Below, in pieces: positions 61,571-64,000 of a stretch of 64,000 bases of DNA. The DNA lies in contig OZ024742.1 in NCBI GenBank assembly GCA_964016885.1, positions 247,070,001 to 247,134,000 of the forward strand, read 5' to 3'. The translations under genes and the position numbers were made by a program. The notes beneath the pieces are model-generated. The model was not told the DNA's origin. It was given only the letters and a program-made list of their open reading frames with translations, and made no database searches. Within the stretch, counting starts at the first letter, position 1. The number at the start of each line of letters is the position of its first letter. The stretch is from Eledone cirrhosa. Taxonomy: Eukaryota.

Positions 61571-64000
61571 CAGTTGCATTTATCTTTCTTTATGTTCATA
61601 CGAGTTATCACCAAGTCACAACCAGTGACCTCAAGAGAGAACAAGGTCCACCATGTTCAAGAAAGAACATACATACACACACATGCATCTTTAGGTGTTT
61701 AGACTTGTGATGTACTTATATTGACAGAATCTTCCTTAGTGTATGGGCAGTTCCCATTAGTACTATCTATTGTTTGTCTCCTATTCTCCCGGGTTTCCTG
61801 AGATTTGCGATAAGTAATCATTAGACCCCTTAGGTATCATTCCTAGAGCGCCTACAACCACTGGTATTGTTTTAGTTCTCAATTTCCACATTTTTCCAAT
61901 TTCTATCTCCAGGTCCTTATACTTGCTCAATTTTTCAAATGTTTTTATAGATACATTCTTGTCTATTGGAACCGGCATATCAATTAGGAGGCATACCCTC
62001 TTTTTAAAGTCCTTCAGTATTATATCAGGTTTATTTGGATCTATTTTTCGGTCTGTTTGGATGCTAAAGTTCCACAAGATTGAGATGTGATCTTTTTCAA
62101 GTATGGGAGGTGGTTGATGCTCCCACCAATTCTTTTGATGGGGCAGGTCAAAATGCTTACACATTATCCAATGTATGTATTGTGCAGCTCTGTCATGCCT
62201 GTTTAGGTATTCGGTTGGAGTTATAGGACTGCACATTGAAATTATATGGTCAATGGTCTCTGGTTGTTTTTTGCATACACGGCATAATGGGCTGCATCCA
62301 TTTTTTATTATGTTGGCTTGGTAATTTTTTGTTGGCAGACACTGATCTTATGCTGATATAATCAGTCCTTCAGTCTCCGATTTCAGTCCAGAGGATGCCA
62401 ACCACCGATGGGTTAAAGTTTTGTCAACATCAGGATTGTTAGCTCGTTCTGGGTATTTTCCATACAGAGGCTTTTCTTGCCATTTCTTAGCCAGTTTCTG
62501 TAGCAGTTCTTTCTTTGCAGTTACTTTTACCTGCTTTTCTTTTTCTGTGTTTTCCATTTCAGCAGTAAATGGGACTTCTGAAATTTGTAGTCCATTACTG
62601 TATCTTTGTGCATCTTTTGTAATGGAATTTGATCTTTTGATGCTTTCGTGTTTCAAAACGAGTTTGATCATCCAATCATGTGATTCCCTTAGATATGTAG
62701 ATAATCCAATTGTTGCAGTTTTCAACGCAATGTCTAACTGGATTAACCCACGTCCTCCTTCTTTTCTAGGGAGATATATTCTATCTATATCTGCTTTAGG
62801 GTGATGCATTCTGTGCATGGTTAAGAATTTTCGAATTTTTGTATCGAGCGTACGGATCTCTGTGCTTGACCAGTTGATGACATTGTAACTGTAGGTTACT
62901 ACTGGTATGGCAAGCGTGTTTATGGCATCGATCCTATTCCTTGCATTCAATTCCGTTATTAAGATTGCTCTTACTCTGCTGTAACATTCCTTCCTTATCC
63001 TTTCCCTCATTGTCGAGTGCTTGAATCCGTCTCCTTCACAAACACCTAGATATTTGTAAGTATTTTCTTGATCAAGTTCTCTTATCACGTTCCCCCGATC
63101 AAGATTAATGTCTGAACGTTTCAGCAGCTTTCCTCTGGTGAACGTTGCTTTGGCGCATTTATCTAGTCCAAACTCCATTTTAATGTCATCACTGAACTGC
63201 TTCACAGTGGATAATAGCCCTTGCAATTGTTCATCATTTTTTGCAAATAGTTTCAGGTCATCCATGTAGAACAAGTGATTAATAGTTTTGTCATAATCTT
63301 TATATCCATGTTTTGTTTTATTGAGCATTTTACTTAATGGTATAAGTGCGATGCAGAATAAAAACGGTGATAAAGAGTCATCCTGAAAAATTCCAAAATT
63401 AATATTAACTTCTCCAGCTTCCAGTGATTTTGTTTCACTATTCAAAAGGAGTGTCGTTTTCCATGTCTTCATACTGAATGACAAAAACCTCCTGACAACG
63501 GGGGATATTTTGAAAATCTCTAAACATTTTTCAATCCAACTGTGTGGCAAACTATAGAATGCTTTTTTATAATCTATCCAAGCAATTGATAGATTTTTGT
63601 GTCTATTATGACAATCTTCCAGTATCATTTTGTTAACCAAAAGCTGATCCTTACAGCCATATGAGCCTCGTTTACACCCTTTCTGCTCAATGGGAAATAG
63701 GTCATTTGTTATCAGGTGGTCATATGTGTATTCAGTTAGGACTGATGTTAAAATTTTATACATTGCGGTCAAGCAAGTTATCGGTATGTCATTTTTGGGA
63801 TTGTTTGTCTCATCATTCTTCGGAAGCAGGAATGTAATGCCGTTAACTAGCCATGATGGTATCTTTTCTGGCTCCTTATCTATTTCATTGTAAAGTTGGG
63901 CTAACAGCTCATGAGACTCTGTGAAGGCATTTATCCAAAAATTTTGTATTTTGTCTTTTCCTGGGGATTTCCATTTGCTGGTTTTTCTTAGAGCCAAGCG
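61571..64000 (-). mobile_element. Second R4/Dong-like family element (RT + CCHC + RLE), decayed, runs off the window end
   Basis: WKSPGKD, PITCL, EQKGC, WIDYKKAF, GIFQDDSLSP, LFYMDDLKL, YKYLG, GGRGL; CRVC..ETIDHIISMC; KPDIILKD..LLID. 3' end followed by (TAA)n on its own strand. Confidence 0.92.

Overview
Eukaryotic, repeat-dominated window with no securely identifiable host gene. The very long (TA)n/(CA)n/(GA)n tracts and the tRNA-SINE resemble a cephalopod (octopus-like) genome; this is inference only. The centrepiece is a ~30 kb head-to-tail array (24575-54913) of five near-identical, full-length ~6.03 kb Tx1/L1-clade non-LTR retrotransposons. Each has an ORF1 with a CCHC knuckle and an intact 1139-aa APE-RT-CCHC ORF2, and units are joined only by pure (ATT)n tracts with no poly(A). 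The array lies in a 32.2 kb + strand block (23161-55370) that appears to split an older opposite-strand copy of the same family: the breakpoints are reciprocal and GCCACC is repeated at both ends. That older copy has a different 5'UTR/ORF1 on a nearly identical ORF2. The flanks hold decayed and rearranged Tx1 copies (fold-back, shared inversion junction), three R4/Dong-type RLE retrotransposons, RTE and CR1/L2 fragments, SINEs and a 173-bp palindrome. Almost every intact LINE/SINE end from 14 kb onward abuts a (TAA/TTA)n tract, with Tx1 and Dong-type elements using it in opposite polarity.
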